A stretch of DNA of 64,000 nucleotides from Dehalococcoidia bacterium (GTDB lineage Bacteria > Chloroflexota > Dehalococcoidia > Lucifugimonadales > UBA3495), in NCBI GenBank assembly GCA_963664725.1, contig OY761558.1, forward strand, positions 25,938-89,937, in the 5' to 3' direction. The translations under genes and the position numbers were made by a program. Of this stretch, positions 17,081 to 26,674 are shown piece by piece. Each line of letters starts with the position of its first letter. Position 1 is the first letter of the stretch. The notes under the pieces are model-generated. The model was given only the letters and a program-made list of their open reading frames with translations. It was not told the DNA's origin and did not search any database.

Positions 17081-18118
17081 ATGCGCTTTGGCTCCTTCGT
17101 CTTTCCCGTTAGTCATCAGCCTGATAACGATTCTGTAGTGATTGACAACACTCTGGAAGAAATCGTGCTGGCCGAGAAGATTGGCATGCACTCGGTCTGG
17201 CTCACCGAGCACCATTTTGACGGCGCGGCAGCCCACGCCGATCCGCTGGTATTTGGCGCAGCCATCGCCGCCCGCACCGAGCGTATCAGGATCGGCTTTG
17301 CCGTGGCGGAACTGGCCTTCCACCACCCGGTCAGGCTGGCCATTCAGACCTCGTTGCTGGACAACCTGAGCCACGGCCGGCTGATAGTAGGAACGGGGCG
17401 CGGTTCCGCCTATAACCACTACGAGTACCTGGGATTCGGCATCAGCATGGAAGACGGGCTGGCCCGACTGGAGGAGACGGAAGAGTTGCTGGTTGCAGCC
17501 TGGACGGGGGAAGACATCCACTACCAAGGGGAACACTGGGACGTGAAGTTTCCGCAGCTTCGCCCGCGCCCCTTCCAGAAGCCCCACCCTCCACTGGTGC
17601 GCGCCTGCATCAGCGAAGGTTCAACAATGAAGATGGCCCAGATTGGCCGGCCCATAATGATCGGCATCCAAACCCTGCCCACCCTGCAGCGACGCCTGGA
17701 CAGCTACCGCAGCACCATGCTGGAAGCGGGATTTGTAGAAGAGGAAGCGGAAGCCGCTCTCGATCAGTGCTGGGCTTCCCGCGACCTGTTTGTCGCTGAG
17801 AGCTACGAGGAGGCGCTGGAAATTGCGTCCGCCGGCTTTGAACGGGAACGGACTCATTTCCGCCACGCCAGGGAGCAGTTCAACCCTGACGGCTTCCCGC
17901 CACCGGACCCCAACCGTCCGGCGCCGCCAGGCGAGGTTCTCGAACAGGCCTTCATCCTGGGCACGCCATCCCAGGTGGCCGACCAGGTGGCCGAAATGCG
18001 CGACGTGGGCGTGCGCAATTTGATGCTGAAGCTGAACACCGGGGAAATGGATACTCACCAGGTCCGGAAGTCCATGCGGCTTTTTGGAGACAAAGTGATG
18101 CCGCAGTTTGCCAAGTAG
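17081..18118 (+). CDS. LLM-class (luciferase-like) flavin/F420-dependent oxidoreductase
   Basis: 345 aa. MRFGSFVFPVSH..EIVLAEKIGMHSVWLTEHHFDG.., ..RLIVGTGRGS.. are typical of the bacterial luciferase-like monooxygenase family. GAGAGG RBS. Confidence 0.88.
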   Translation: MRFGSFVFPVSHQPDNDSVVIDNTLEEIVLAEKIGMHSVWLTEHHFDGAAAHADPLVFGAAIAARTERIRIGFAVAELAFHHPVRLAIQTSLLDNLSHGRLIVGTGRGSAYNHYEYLGFGISMEDGLARLEETEELLVAAWTGEDIHYQGEHWDVKFPQLRPRPFQKPHPPLVRACISEGSTMKMAQIGRPIMIGIQTLPTLQRRLDSYRSTMLEAGFVEEEAEAALDQCWASRDLFVAESYEEALEIASAGFERERTHFRHAREQFNPDGFPPPDPNRPAPPGEVLEQAFILGTPSQVADQVAEMRDVGVRNLMLKLNTGEMDTHQVRKSMRLFGDKVMPQFAK

Positions 18119-18213
18119 TCCGGTCGGATAAGGCTAGCGCTGGAAGTCAACCTTAATTCCGGGCCCGTAGAGGGTTGGAGAGCCAGGCCACAACCAGCAC
18201 GTGAGGTAAGGCT

Positions 18214-19167
18214 ATGAAGCCGGTTATCATCGACACGGATCCCGGAATTGATGACGTGGCGGCCCTGCTGCTGGCTCTTGCCAGCCCGGAACTGGAAGTG
18301 CTGGCCCTTACCACCATTTACGGCAACTCCTCCGTTGATATCTGCACTGCCAATGCCCTTCACTTGTTGACCACAGTGGGCAGGACCGACATTCCGGTCT
18401 ACCGGGGAGCGGGCAAGCCGCTGCTGAGGGCAGCCAGCGAAGGTTGGGCTTCTCACATCCACGGGGCCGACGGTCTGGGCGGAATTACAGGTCCGGCGCC
18501 AAATATAGAAGCTACTGTTCAGGCGAACGCAAAGCACGCCGCCCTGGCGATGATTGAAACGGTGATGGCCAATCCGGGGGAAGTTACGATCCTAGCCCTG
18601 GGGCGAATGACCAACGTGGCGTTGGCGGTGTCCCTGGAACCTGAATTTTCCAGGTCGGTACGGGAAGTGATAGTCATGGGCGGCGCGGTTACCGTCCCCG
18701 GCAATGTCTCCCAGGTCGCCACCGCCAACCTGCACGAAGACCCGGAAGCCGCCGCTATCTTATATGGGTCGGGCGCCCCCATAGTGCAGGTGGGGCTGGA
18801 CGTTTGCAACCGGGTAACCGTGAGTCCGGCGCAACTGGAAACCATTGCCAGCGCGACAGGCCCTGGACCCCAAATGCTGGCCCGGGCCACGGCATACTTG
18901 CGAGACGCCTATATCCGTACCGGTCGGATTGGGCGGGATGAAGGAGTCAGGTATAACGACATGCCTGCCGTGGGGTACGTGGTCAAACCGGAACTGTTCA
19001 CCCTGCGGCCGGCCCTGGTGGAAATAGAGACCCACAGCGACCTTACCCGCGGTCAGACGGTTGCCGACTGGCAGGCGGCGGAAGCCAACGCCCGTATCTG
19101 CCTTGACGTGGATTCGGAGGCCCTGACCGGGCTGTTTACGGAACGGATTGCGCGGCCCCTTTCTTGA
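18214..19167 (+). CDS. nucleoside hydrolase (inosine/uridine-preferring family)
   Basis: 317 aa. N-terminal MKPVIIDTDPGIDDVAALLLAL is the DxDxxxDD signature. GAGGTAAGG RBS. Confidence 0.9.
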   Translation: MKPVIIDTDPGIDDVAALLLALASPELEVLALTTIYGNSSVDICTANALHLLTTVGRTDIPVYRGAGKPLLRAASEGWASHIHGADGLGGITGPAPNIEATVQANAKHAALAMIETVMANPGEVTILALGRMTNVALAVSLEPEFSRSVREVIVMGGAVTVPGNVSQVATANLHEDPEAAAILYGSGAPIVQVGLDVCNRVTVSPAQLETIASATGPGPQMLARATAYLRDAYIRTGRIGRDEGVRYNDMPAVGYVVKPELFTLRPALVEIETHSDLTRGQTVADWQAAEANARICLDVDSEALTGLFTERIARPLS

Positions 19168-19478
19168 GTACTCAGACTCCAACCCTGGCCGTTGAACATC
19201 CCGAGTGCCCACGCTGTCCAAGGAACGCAGGAACGATCGCGCCCGGGCAAATGGTGTTCAGACCTATCTGAAAAGCTGTCCAGCAGGCCACCATTTCTTG
19301 GCCGCAATGCCCCTCTGGCCGCAGATGAAGCTACGGGAGTTGAAGGGTCAAGGAGAGGGCGGGGTTTACAGCGATTGGGAATTGGCGATGGTCACGTTCA
19401 AAATGACTACATTGGTGCGGTGCTGACCGACATAGTTTGCCTCAGAACATCTGCCCTCAGTAACGGAGCTAAAACAGG

Positions 19479-19511
19479 CTGCCATCGCCGCAAACCAAGC
19501 AGCGATGGCAG
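19479..19511 (-). terminator. candidate terminator hairpin after the dienelactone hydrolase gene
   Basis: CTGCCATCGC (19479-19488) and GCGATGGCAG (19502-19511) form a 10-bp stem with a 13-nt loop. On the minus strand it is followed by CCTGTTTTAGC (short U tract). Confidence 0.35.
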
Positions 19512-19530
19512 TTGAGACAAGGGGAGTGGG

Positions 19531-20289
19531 TTAGCCCAGGTTCTTTTCCAGGAAGGGCCAGATCTTGCTCCAGCCGTCTACGGCCTGCTCCTGGCGGTAC
19601 ATGGCGCGGTCGTAGTAGAAGAAACCGTGACCGGCGCCGTCGTAGCGGTGGAATTCGTAGTTCTTGCCGTGTTTCTTCAGTTCCTCTTCGTGCTGGTTTA
19701 CCTGTTCTGCCGTGGGCGCCTGGTCATCATTGCCAAAGAGTCCCAGCAGCGGGCAAGACAGATCAGCGGTGTAGTCGATGGGAGCAACGGGCTGGTTGGG
19801 ATTTAGATCGTCCCCGGAAGCCACCACACGGCCACCCCAGCAGTCTATGGCGGCGTCAAAGCCATCTACGCGGCAGGCGGTCAGGAAGGTAAGGCGGCCG
19901 CCGGAGCAAGTGCCGAAGACGCCCACCTTGCCGTTGAGGTTGGGCAAGCTGCGAAGGAAGCGCATGGCTCCACCGATGTCACCCAAAGCCTGGTCGTCAG
20001 GAATGCCGCCGGACTCGCGAACCTGGGTGGCTATCGCGACAGGGTCGCCGTGGCCGTTGCGATGGTAGAGATTCGGGGAGATGGTCAGGTAGCCGTGATG
20101 GGCAAAACGGCGGGCCGTCTCCCGGTAAAACTCGTCCCAGCCCGGCACGTGGTGGATCAGTACCATGCCGGGGAAGGGGCCGGGCCCCAGGGGCTTGGCG
20201 ACGTATGCGCCGATGGCGTCCCCGTTGTGGCCCTGAATGGTAGTGGTTTCCGCAATCATGCCCTCGTACATGTCAGTGGTATAGGCCAT
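19531..20289 (-). CDS. dienelactone hydrolase family protein
   Basis: Start trimmed to the ATG at 20287-20289 (AGGAG 7 nt upstream; the track's GTG at 20295 lies inside the spacer). Motifs: PGMVLIHHVPGWDEFYRETARRFAHHGY, GVFGTCSGGR (nucleophile Cys). Confidence 0.85.
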   Translation of the reverse strand: MAYTTDMYEGMIAETTTIQGHNGDAIGAYVAKPLGPGPFPGMVLIHHVPGWDEFYRETARRFAHHGYLTISPNLYHRNGHGDPVAIATQVRESGGIPDDQALGDIGGAMRFLRSLPNLNGKVGVFGTCSGGRLTFLTACRVDGFDAAIDCWGGRVVASGDDLNPNQPVAPIDYTADLSCPLLGLFGNDDQAPTAEQVNQHEEELKKHGKNYEFHRYDGAGHGFFYYDRAMYRQEQAVDGWSKIWPFLEKNLG

Positions 20290-20375
20290 TTGCACACTCC
20301 TGTTCTGAGGATGCCCCTAGCTTGAAACGGATTGGAGCCCAAGTCAAGACCTGCTGCAATTGCTTCGAGCCAGGG

Positions 20376-20906
20376 CTATCTTACCGGCGTCTGCTCTTCG
20401 GCATAAGCGGCTTCAACAAACCCCTCTATCTGCCTCCAGCGGACGTTGACGTCATCGTGGGTCAAGTCGACGGATTCACCGGAAGAGCTTTGCAGGCCGC
20501 GAGGATGGTAAACCAGTTCGATCAGGTTATCGTCGGGATCGCTGATGTAGGTGTACCGTTCGCCGGTGTCCTCTCTTGTCCCCTGTTGGGGGTCTTCGCC
20601 GCCAGTGCCGGTGAAAGAACCGCCCGCCGTGCGGGTGCAGGGAACGCCCTGCGCTTCCAGGTGGGCAAGCATGGCGTCGAAGTCCTCCACTTCGATCGCG
20701 AAGTGGACCCGGGGCACCCTTACCAGGTCGTTGGTATCGGAAGTGTGGATTTCCCCCGTCCCCAGCCGCAACTGGAGTTGGCGGCGGTTCAGCGCCGGGC
20801 CCCTGTCGAGAAACTCTGCGCCCAGGACCCGCTCGTACCACTCCCTGGTCCGTTCCCGGTCGGTGATCTGGATGTTGATGTGGTGGATCATGCTTATTTT
20901 GGACAT
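20376..20906 (-). CDS. VOC (glyoxalase/bleomycin-resistance/dioxygenase) family protein
   Basis: Start trimmed to the ATG at 20904-20906 (AGGAGGTG 5 nt upstream). MSKISMIHHINIQITDRERTREWYERVLGAEF.., HFAIEVEDFDAMLAHLEAQGV.., YISDPDDNLIELV. Confidence 0.85.
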   Translation of the reverse strand: MSKISMIHHINIQITDRERTREWYERVLGAEFLDRGPALNRRQLQLRLGTGEIHTSDTNDLVRVPRVHFAIEVEDFDAMLAHLEAQGVPCTRTAGGSFTGTGGEDPQQGTREDTGERYTYISDPDDNLIELVYHPRGLQSSSGESVDLTHDDVNVRWRQIEGFVEAAYAEEQTPVR

Positions 20907-21204
20907 GTAAACACCTCCTACCCAGTGGTCCGTTAGATGGGCCAATTATCCGTCCTGACACGACGGTAAGCAATCCATTGGGCCTGTAACTTCTCAGGCT
21001 ACGCGCTATGGGAATGTTCGGGCGGTTGCGCCACGCTGGTGTGATCTTCAAGCTTGTGTGACAACCGACAATATATTATTCTATATATATCATATATCTA
21101 TCATATTGAAAGATTATAATATATTAAAGCCCACACCACGCCCTCTACGGGCGGAAGTAGCGTAATCCAACTCGTTAGGAGACGACTGAAAGGGGATCCT
21201 GCGA

Positions 21205-21597
21205 ATGAACTCACCAAATGACGGCAGACAATGGGGAATTACAGGGGCAGTTCTTGGAGTCTTTGTTGTGTTGGGACTGATTGTGGTTATTGAATCGCTG
21301 AATCTTGGCCATACCTGGACCAGCCCTACCCTGAAAAAGCCGGTCCTGTCGACCCTTCAGGGAGTGCCGGACCACCTGCTGTCCCAAGCGGCAGAGTTGA
21401 ATGGGACATTAGACCACCCAGACGTGCCTTTCTCCGGCCCGTCCCCTGATAATCATGGAAGGGTTAGCGGGGCGGTGAAGTCCTTTTCGCTTGAAGACAA
21501 GGCTGCATCCTCGGACCATAATGGCAGCAGTCCTGTCCCGCCCAAGTTTCCTTTGGTAGAATACCGAGAACCGGGCGCGGCCCGAACGATTGAATAA
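21205..21597 (+). CDS. hypothetical single-pass membrane protein
   Basis: 130-aa ORF with AGGGGA RBS. One predicted TM (ITGAVLGVFVVLGLIVVIESL) followed by a Pro/Ser-rich soluble tail. I recognise no family. Confidence 0.45.
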   Translation: MNSPNDGRQWGITGAVLGVFVVLGLIVVIESLNLGHTWTSPTLKKPVLSTLQGVPDHLLSQAAELNGTLDHPDVPFSGPSPDNHGRVSGAVKSFSLEDKAASSDHNGSSPVPPKFPLVEYREPGAARTIE

Positions 21598-21614
21598 GAC
21601 GAGGAGATTTTGTG

Positions 21615-22475
21615 ATGCCAGGACACCGCCTGTTGGCCTGCTTTGCCCACCCCGACGACGAGGCCTTTCCCGTGGGCGGCGCCCTGGCGACCCACGCCGC
21701 GAGGGGAGTGGAAGTACGCTTGATTACTGCCACCCTGGGCGAGGAGGGCGAAATCCGCCAGGAGGGCGCGGCCACCCGGGAGACTCTGGGTTCAGTGCGC
21801 CGGGTAGAACTGGCCCGGGCGGTGCAGATTCTGGGGGTGAAGGACCACATCGTCCTGCACTACCGGGATTCGGGAATGGCAGGGACTCCGCCCAACGAGC
21901 ATCCCCAGGCCTTTGTGAACGCCCCGGCGGAGGTCGTGGTGGAGCGATTGGTGGAGGAGATTCGACGTTTCCGGCCCCAGGTGGTGCTGACGTTCGACCC
22001 GGACGGCCTGTACGGGCATCCCGACCACATTGCCATCCACGAGCACGCCACCACCGCCTTCAAGAGAGCGGCGGACCCCAGCGCCTACCCGCAGCACTTC
22101 ATCAATGGGATTGGCCCATACACTCCGCAGCGTCTTTATTACAGCGCGCGGCCACGGGGCTTCCGGATGGAGTGGGCCCAGACGTTGAGAGCACAGGGCA
22201 TCGACTTTCCCCTGCCCAACCCAAACCGGGCCAACGACGGAGCGCCGCCGGAGACCATTCACCTGGAAATGAACGTCGCTGACCAGATGGAACTCAAGAT
22301 GGGCTGCATCCTAAGCCACCGCACCCAGGTGGCCCCTGACTGGCCCTACGACCGTGTGCCCAGGGAAGCGGCCAACATGATCCTGGGGCGCGAATACTAC
22401 ATCCGAGGCTGGCCGCCCGTCGTCGATGGTGATGTCGTGTCGCCTGACTTTTTTGAGGGAGTGGCAGAGGATTGA
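21615..22475 (+). CDS. PIG-L/LmbE family N-acetylglucosaminyl deacetylase
   Basis: LLACFAHPDDEAFPVGGALA (AHPDDE zinc motif), YGHPDHIAIH. GAGGAG at 21601-21606. Either the ATG at 21615 or the GTG at 21612 could be the start. Confidence 0.88.
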   Translation: MPGHRLLACFAHPDDEAFPVGGALATHAARGVEVRLITATLGEEGEIRQEGAATRETLGSVRRVELARAVQILGVKDHIVLHYRDSGMAGTPPNEHPQAFVNAPAEVVVERLVEEIRRFRPQVVLTFDPDGLYGHPDHIAIHEHATTAFKRAADPSAYPQHFINGIGPYTPQRLYYSARPRGFRMEWAQTLRAQGIDFPLPNPNRANDGAPPETIHLEMNVADQMELKMGCILSHRTQVAPDWPYDRVPREAANMILGREYYIRGWPPVVDGDVVSPDFFEGVAED

Positions 22476-22536
22476 TGCCGTCCCCGCAGGACGCGGGGTC
22501 GTTCAGGCAGGAAAAAAGAACGTTGAGGAAATAAAA

Positions 22537-22567
22537 CGGGCGGAGTCTGCTCCGCCCGTTTATTTTT
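22537..22567. terminator. bidirectional intrinsic terminator between convergent PIG-L and LLM genes
   Basis: CGGGCGGAG-tctg-CTCCGCCCG is a perfect 9-bp GC stem (22537-22558). It is flanked by AATAAAA upstream and TTTATTTTT downstream. Confidence 0.85.
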
Positions 22568-22590
22568 GACTTGAGGCTTTCGGAAACTCG

Positions 22591-23688
22591 TTACGCCTGG
22601 GTAGCCTCCCGCACCCTTGGCGCCACCTCCTGGGCGTACAGCCTGACTGAATTCAGCACTTGCTCGACGGTCAGACCGCCCCCCACGTTGGGCTCCATTA
22701 TGACACCGTCCAGGCCCAGCCTTTCGGTCAGTTGGACCAGTTTCTCAACGACGGTATCGGGACTACCGTAGGCCAGGCGGTCCTTCAACAGGTCGTCGTA
22801 GGTTACGTTGGCCAGGCGTTCGGCGCGCTCCCTTCGTTCCTCGGACAGGGTTGTGCCGGCGGCGCTGGCAGAACTTCCAAAGAGGTCGCCCAGGCGGCGG
22901 TAAGACCGCATGGTCGCCTCTTCCGGGTCGGAGCGGCCCTTGTCGTCGGTCTCCGCCACGTAGATAGGAACCCGGAGGAAGGTCTCTCCCTTGCCCTCGT
23001 GGCCGGCCTCGGCGCGCCCTTCGTGGTACATCTGCATGTGATCTTCCACTTCGTTGACGTCGAAACCGCGCAGACCGGATATAACATTGTGTCCGCTGCG
23101 GCCCACCTGCGGGAAGGTGTCGCGAGTGGTGGCGGCAATGCGGATGGGCGGATGGGGCCGCTGGTAGGGCTTGGGCAGAACGCAAAGATCGTTAATCTGG
23201 TAGAACTCGCCCTCGTAGGAAAAGCGCTCTTCCGACCAGGCCTTCAGGATGATGTCCAGGTTTTCCTGGAAGCGAGCCCGGCTCTCTCCGTAGGGAATGC
23301 CGTAACCGTCATACGAACGTGGGAAACCGCTGCGGCCCACGCCGAACTCCAGGCGGCCCCGGCTGACCTGGTCCACGGTTGCCGCTTCTTCGGCCAGCCT
23401 TACCGGGTGGCAAAGGGGCAAGACGCTGACACCGGTGCCGATTCTCACGTTCTTCGTCCTGCCGGCGATGGCGCTGGCCATTACCAGGGGTACGGACACC
23501 ACCGAAGGAATACCGGCGCCCATAGGGTCGCCCGGCCTTCTGGGAGCGGCGAAGTGGCGTTCCGCCAGCCACACGCCGTCCAGGCCAAACTCGTCCGCCA
23601 CATCCGCCATGGCAAAGGCCTCGTCAAAAGCCTCTTCCTGGGTTACACCCATGCGATAGTCGCATTCCATTACCAGTCCGACGTGCAT
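22591..23688 (-). CDS. LLM-class (luciferase-like) flavin/F420-dependent oxidoreductase
   Basis: Start trimmed to the ATG at 23686-23688 (GAGGTG 7 nt upstream). MHVGLVMECDYRMG..ADEFGLDGVWLAERHF.., ..LEFGVGRSG... Confidence 0.88.
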   Translation of the reverse strand: MHVGLVMECDYRMGVTQEEAFDEAFAMADVADEFGLDGVWLAERHFAAPRRPGDPMGAGIPSVVSVPLVMASAIAGRTKNVRIGTGVSVLPLCHPVRLAEEAATVDQVSRGRLEFGVGRSGFPRSYDGYGIPYGESRARFQENLDIILKAWSEERFSYEGEFYQINDLCVLPKPYQRPHPPIRIAATTRDTFPQVGRSGHNVISGLRGFDVNEVEDHMQMYHEGRAEAGHEGKGETFLRVPIYVAETDDKGRSDPEEATMRSYRRLGDLFGSSASAAGTTLSEERRERAERLANVTYDDLLKDRLAYGSPDTVVEKLVQLTERLGLDGVIMEPNVGGGLTVEQVLNSVRLYAQEVAPRVREATQA

Positions 23689-23773
23689 AACAAGCACCTC
23701 GCCATTTCTAAGATGAAAAACCGCCACACCCCTGGCATGGATATCCCGGGCTTTCCCATTTAAGGGAGTTTGC

Positions 23774-23806
23774 CCAGGCTTCGGCCTTTCGGCTTCCGAA
23801 GCCTGG
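23774..23806 (-). other. 11-bp perfect stem-loop immediately after the YHS gene stop (possible attenuator or processing site)
   Basis: CCAGGCTTCGG (23774-23784) and CCGAAGCCTGG (23796-23806) with an 11-nt loop. No clear U tract on either strand. Confidence 0.3.
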
Positions 23807-23808
23807 CT

Positions 23809-24009
23809 CTATTGTTCCAGGAAGGCCGCCGGGGTCGCCAGGAACTTGGTGCGGCAATCCAGGCCGCAAAAATAGAACCACTGGCCGTTGTGGAAGCTGC
23901 GGGTTCCCTGCTGCGGGTCCACTTCCGAAGCGCCATGCATGGTCTGGCCGGTTTGAGCGCGGGCCTCAGCCTCGTCTATTTCCTTGCCGCAAACGGGGTC
24001 TTTTGCCAT
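23809..24009 (-). CDS. YHS-domain (TRASH-like metal-binding) small protein
   Basis: 66 aa: MAKDPVCGKEID....HNGQWFYFCGLDCRTKFLATPAAFL matches the YHS pattern DPVCGM...Y.G..YYFCS..C...F...P. Confidence 0.8.
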   Translation of the reverse strand: MAKDPVCGKEIDEAEARAQTGQTMHGASEVDPQQGTRSFHNGQWFYFCGLDCRTKFLATPAAFLEQ

Positions 24010-24052
24010 GTTGTAGAACTCCTGATTGCTACTAATTCGTTATCATTCCGAC

Positions 24053-25228
24053 TTAGGCCGGCACTTCCAGGTTCATCCCCAGCCGCACTTCTCCGGGCTG
24101 GTCGAGCAGCGCCCGGGCGATCCTTGCCCGGTGCTCAAAGCTGGTGCCCAGGCGCATGGTCCAGGCGGTTACCCGCCGGTACCACAGGTGAAGGTCGAAT
24201 TCCATCATGAATCCCATTCCGCCGTGGAGCACCTGGGAAGTCCGTACTACCGCCTCGCACTTGTCGTTGCAGAAGGACTTGGCCTGGGAAACTTCCATGG
24301 TTGCCGGGAGACCCTGATCCATCTTCCACAGGGCTTCATAGGTAAGCAGCTGGCCGCCATCAACCCAAAGAATCATATCGGCGCACATGTGCTGAATGGA
24401 TTGGAAGCCCGCGATGGGGCGCCCGAAGGCCACCCGGTTCTTGGCATAGTCGATACCCATCTCGGCATCCTTGCGGGCCGCCCCAACCATTTGGGCGCAC
24501 AGCAGGACGGTTCCCCGATCCAGCATCCCCTGGGCAACGGGCCAGCCCTGGTTGAGTTCACCAATCAGGTTGGCCCTGGGTACGCGGACGTTGTCAAATG
24601 TGACCTTGCTTTGCTTGTCCTTGGCCAGGGTGGTCAAGGCAATCTGGCTTACACCTGTACTACCTGTGTCCACCAGCAGCAGGGAAATGCCGGCGTTGTC
24701 GTCGGTGGCCGGCGCGGTGCGGCAGGCCACCAGGCATTTCTCGGCGGCAACAAAATTGTCCACGAACATCTTGGTGCCGTTGAGGACAAAACTATCGCCG
24801 TCCTCGGTTGCCTGGCAATGGATAGTTTCGGGCAGGTAGCGGGGATTTTCTTCGGAGAATGCCCAGGTCAGGACCAGGTCCCCACTGCAGACACGGGGCA
24901 GCAATTCCTGCTTCTGCTGGACAGCGCCGGCTTCAGCGATGGTCAGCGCCGCCACCATGGTGGAGTGGAATGGGACCGGGGCTATGACCCTGCCCAGTTC
25001 TTCAGTAATAATACCCAGATATGTAAGAGGCAGTCCCTGGCCTCCGTACTGGTCCGGCAGGGAAATGCCCAGCCAACCCAGGCTGGCCATCTTCCGCCAA
25101 AGCTCGGGCGGGTAGCCCAGGTCGTCCTTCTCCATATCCCTGGCCAGACGTGGCGGACACTCCGCCTCCAGGAACTCCCTGGCCAGGTTCTTTACCATTT
25201 GTTCTTCTTCGTTAGGCAGTACGTCCAT
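24053..25228 (-). CDS. acyl-CoA dehydrogenase family protein
   Basis: 391 aa. AAGGAA RBS. ACAD-like along the full length (..LGWLGISLPDQYGG.., ..FGRPIAGFQSIQHMCADM.., ..QVLHGGMGFMMEFDLHLWYRR..). Confidence 0.88.
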   Translation of the reverse strand: MDVLPNEEEQMVKNLAREFLEAECPPRLARDMEKDDLGYPPELWRKMASLGWLGISLPDQYGGQGLPLTYLGIITEELGRVIAPVPFHSTMVAALTIAEAGAVQQKQELLPRVCSGDLVLTWAFSEENPRYLPETIHCQATEDGDSFVLNGTKMFVDNFVAAEKCLVACRTAPATDDNAGISLLLVDTGSTGVSQIALTTLAKDKQSKVTFDNVRVPRANLIGELNQGWPVAQGMLDRGTVLLCAQMVGAARKDAEMGIDYAKNRVAFGRPIAGFQSIQHMCADMILWVDGGQLLTYEALWKMDQGLPATMEVSQAKSFCNDKCEAVVRTSQVLHGGMGFMMEFDLHLWYRRVTAWTMRLGTSFEHRARIARALLDQPGEVRLGMNLEVPA

Positions 25229-25296
25229 AAGGTTCCTTGGTTTTCAAACTTGCAACTGAGGCTGGCATTTTGTCTGCGGAAACTGGGATTCAGGTC

Positions 25297-26499
25297 CTAC
25301 GTCCGGGGCATTCCCAGGCCGCGACGGGCGATCTGGTCCCGCATAACCTGGGTGCTGCCGTGGTTGATGCCGGACTGGAAGGCGCCCATCAGGTTGTGAG
25401 CGAATACCCCTTCCTCAACAGCGTCTTCGGAGCCATTGAGCAGCTGGGCATAGGGGCCCAGGATCTGGGCGATAGTCTCGGTGGTGCGGACTCCATGCTC
25501 CGGGGCGAAGACCTTCTCAGCGGAACCCTCGTAGGTGAAACTGCCGCCCTTCTCCACCAGCGACATGCTGCGCATGGTCATCAGGCGGCAGACCTGGGCC
25601 TCGATCCAGAGTTCGGCAATGCGGTCCCGAACCGACGTGTCCCCGGCCAGGTTCATACCGCCCAGGTCGTTGCTCTTTACATAATTGACAATATCCTCGT
25701 CGCGCTGGACGGAAATCAGGTAGCGGCTGGCGCCCACCCGGTCGAGGTTCAGCCCCATGGCGCCCACGTACCAACCCATGTTTTCGTCGCCGAGCATGCA
25801 GGAAGTCGGTACCCTCACGTCCTCGAAGAAAACCTCGTTGGTGCGGGCGTCTCCGTAGGTGGTGCCGGCCGGGGCCTGTGGCTCATTCTGTATGGTCCAA
25901 AGGGGGCGTACCGTGATGCCTTCCGTGTCCATGGGAATCAAGAAGATAGAGATGCCCCGGTGCTTGGGCGCATCAGGGTCGGTGCGGGCCATCAGGTAGA
26001 CGTGGCTTGCATAGTGGGCAGCGGTGGTGAACATCTTCTGCCCGTTAATGACGTACTCGTCGCCGTCTCTTACCGCCCGGCATTGCAGGCTGGCCAGGTC
26101 CGCGCCGGCCTGGGGTTCGGTGAACCCCAGGGCGAAAGATATTTCGCCTCTGATCAGGCCGGGAAGGAAATACTTCTTCTGCTCCTCGGTTCCCGCGGCC
26201 AGGATGGCGGGCGCGCCGCTGCCGGCGCCGCCAACGGTAATGCCGGCCCGGGCGAACTCTTCCTCCACGATGTACTGGTCAATGCGGCTGCCGTCCTGCC
26301 CCCCGTACTCTTTGGGCCAGCTAATGCCAACCCAGCCGCGTTCGCCCAGCTTCTGGTACAGTTCCCGGACTTTGGGCCCCCGCCGGCGTATTCCGAGTTC
26401 CTCGATTTCATAACGAACGTCGTCGGTGACGTTCTCCTGGATAAAGTCGCGCACATCCTCGCGCAACTTTTCCTGTTCGGGAGTGTATGCAAAGTCCAT
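25297..26499 (-). CDS. acyl-CoA dehydrogenase family protein
   Basis: Start trimmed to the ATG at 26497-26499 (AAGAGGT 5 nt upstream). MDFAYTPEQEKLREDVRDFIQENV.., GWVGISWPKEYGGQ.., FTEPQAGADL.., INGQKMFTT... Confidence 0.88.
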   Translation of the reverse strand: MDFAYTPEQEKLREDVRDFIQENVTDDVRYEIEELGIRRRGPKVRELYQKLGERGWVGISWPKEYGGQDGSRIDQYIVEEEFARAGITVGGAGSGAPAILAAGTEEQKKYFLPGLIRGEISFALGFTEPQAGADLASLQCRAVRDGDEYVINGQKMFTTAAHYASHVYLMARTDPDAPKHRGISIFLIPMDTEGITVRPLWTIQNEPQAPAGTTYGDARTNEVFFEDVRVPTSCMLGDENMGWYVGAMGLNLDRVGASRYLISVQRDEDIVNYVKSNDLGGMNLAGDTSVRDRIAELWIEAQVCRLMTMRSMSLVEKGGSFTYEGSAEKVFAPEHGVRTTETIAQILGPYAQLLNGSEDAVEEGVFAHNLMGAFQSGINHGSTQVMRDQIARRGLGMPRT

Positions 26500-26674
26500 A
26501 TTGAACCTCTTAAGGGAAAAACGTCTGAAACCTGGATCTGGCACACGCCGGCATTGGCGCAGCCCGCTTCTCAAATCAGCTATTCGGGGCCATTATATTA
26601 CTTCGCTATGGGGGTGTCATCCGCACCGCAGGGGCATTGGCGCCTTTGCGGATGTCCGGTCGTTTCCAGAAGAG

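Noticed and set aside
19168-19478. 310-bp gap after the nucleoside hydrolase gene, with ORFs 19192-19515 and 19205-19426 and a short ECPRCP-containing frame
   Set aside because: The ORF products are not protein-like and have no RBS. The CxxC frame is only about 25 codons with no start codon. I could not support any feature beyond the terminator hairpin.
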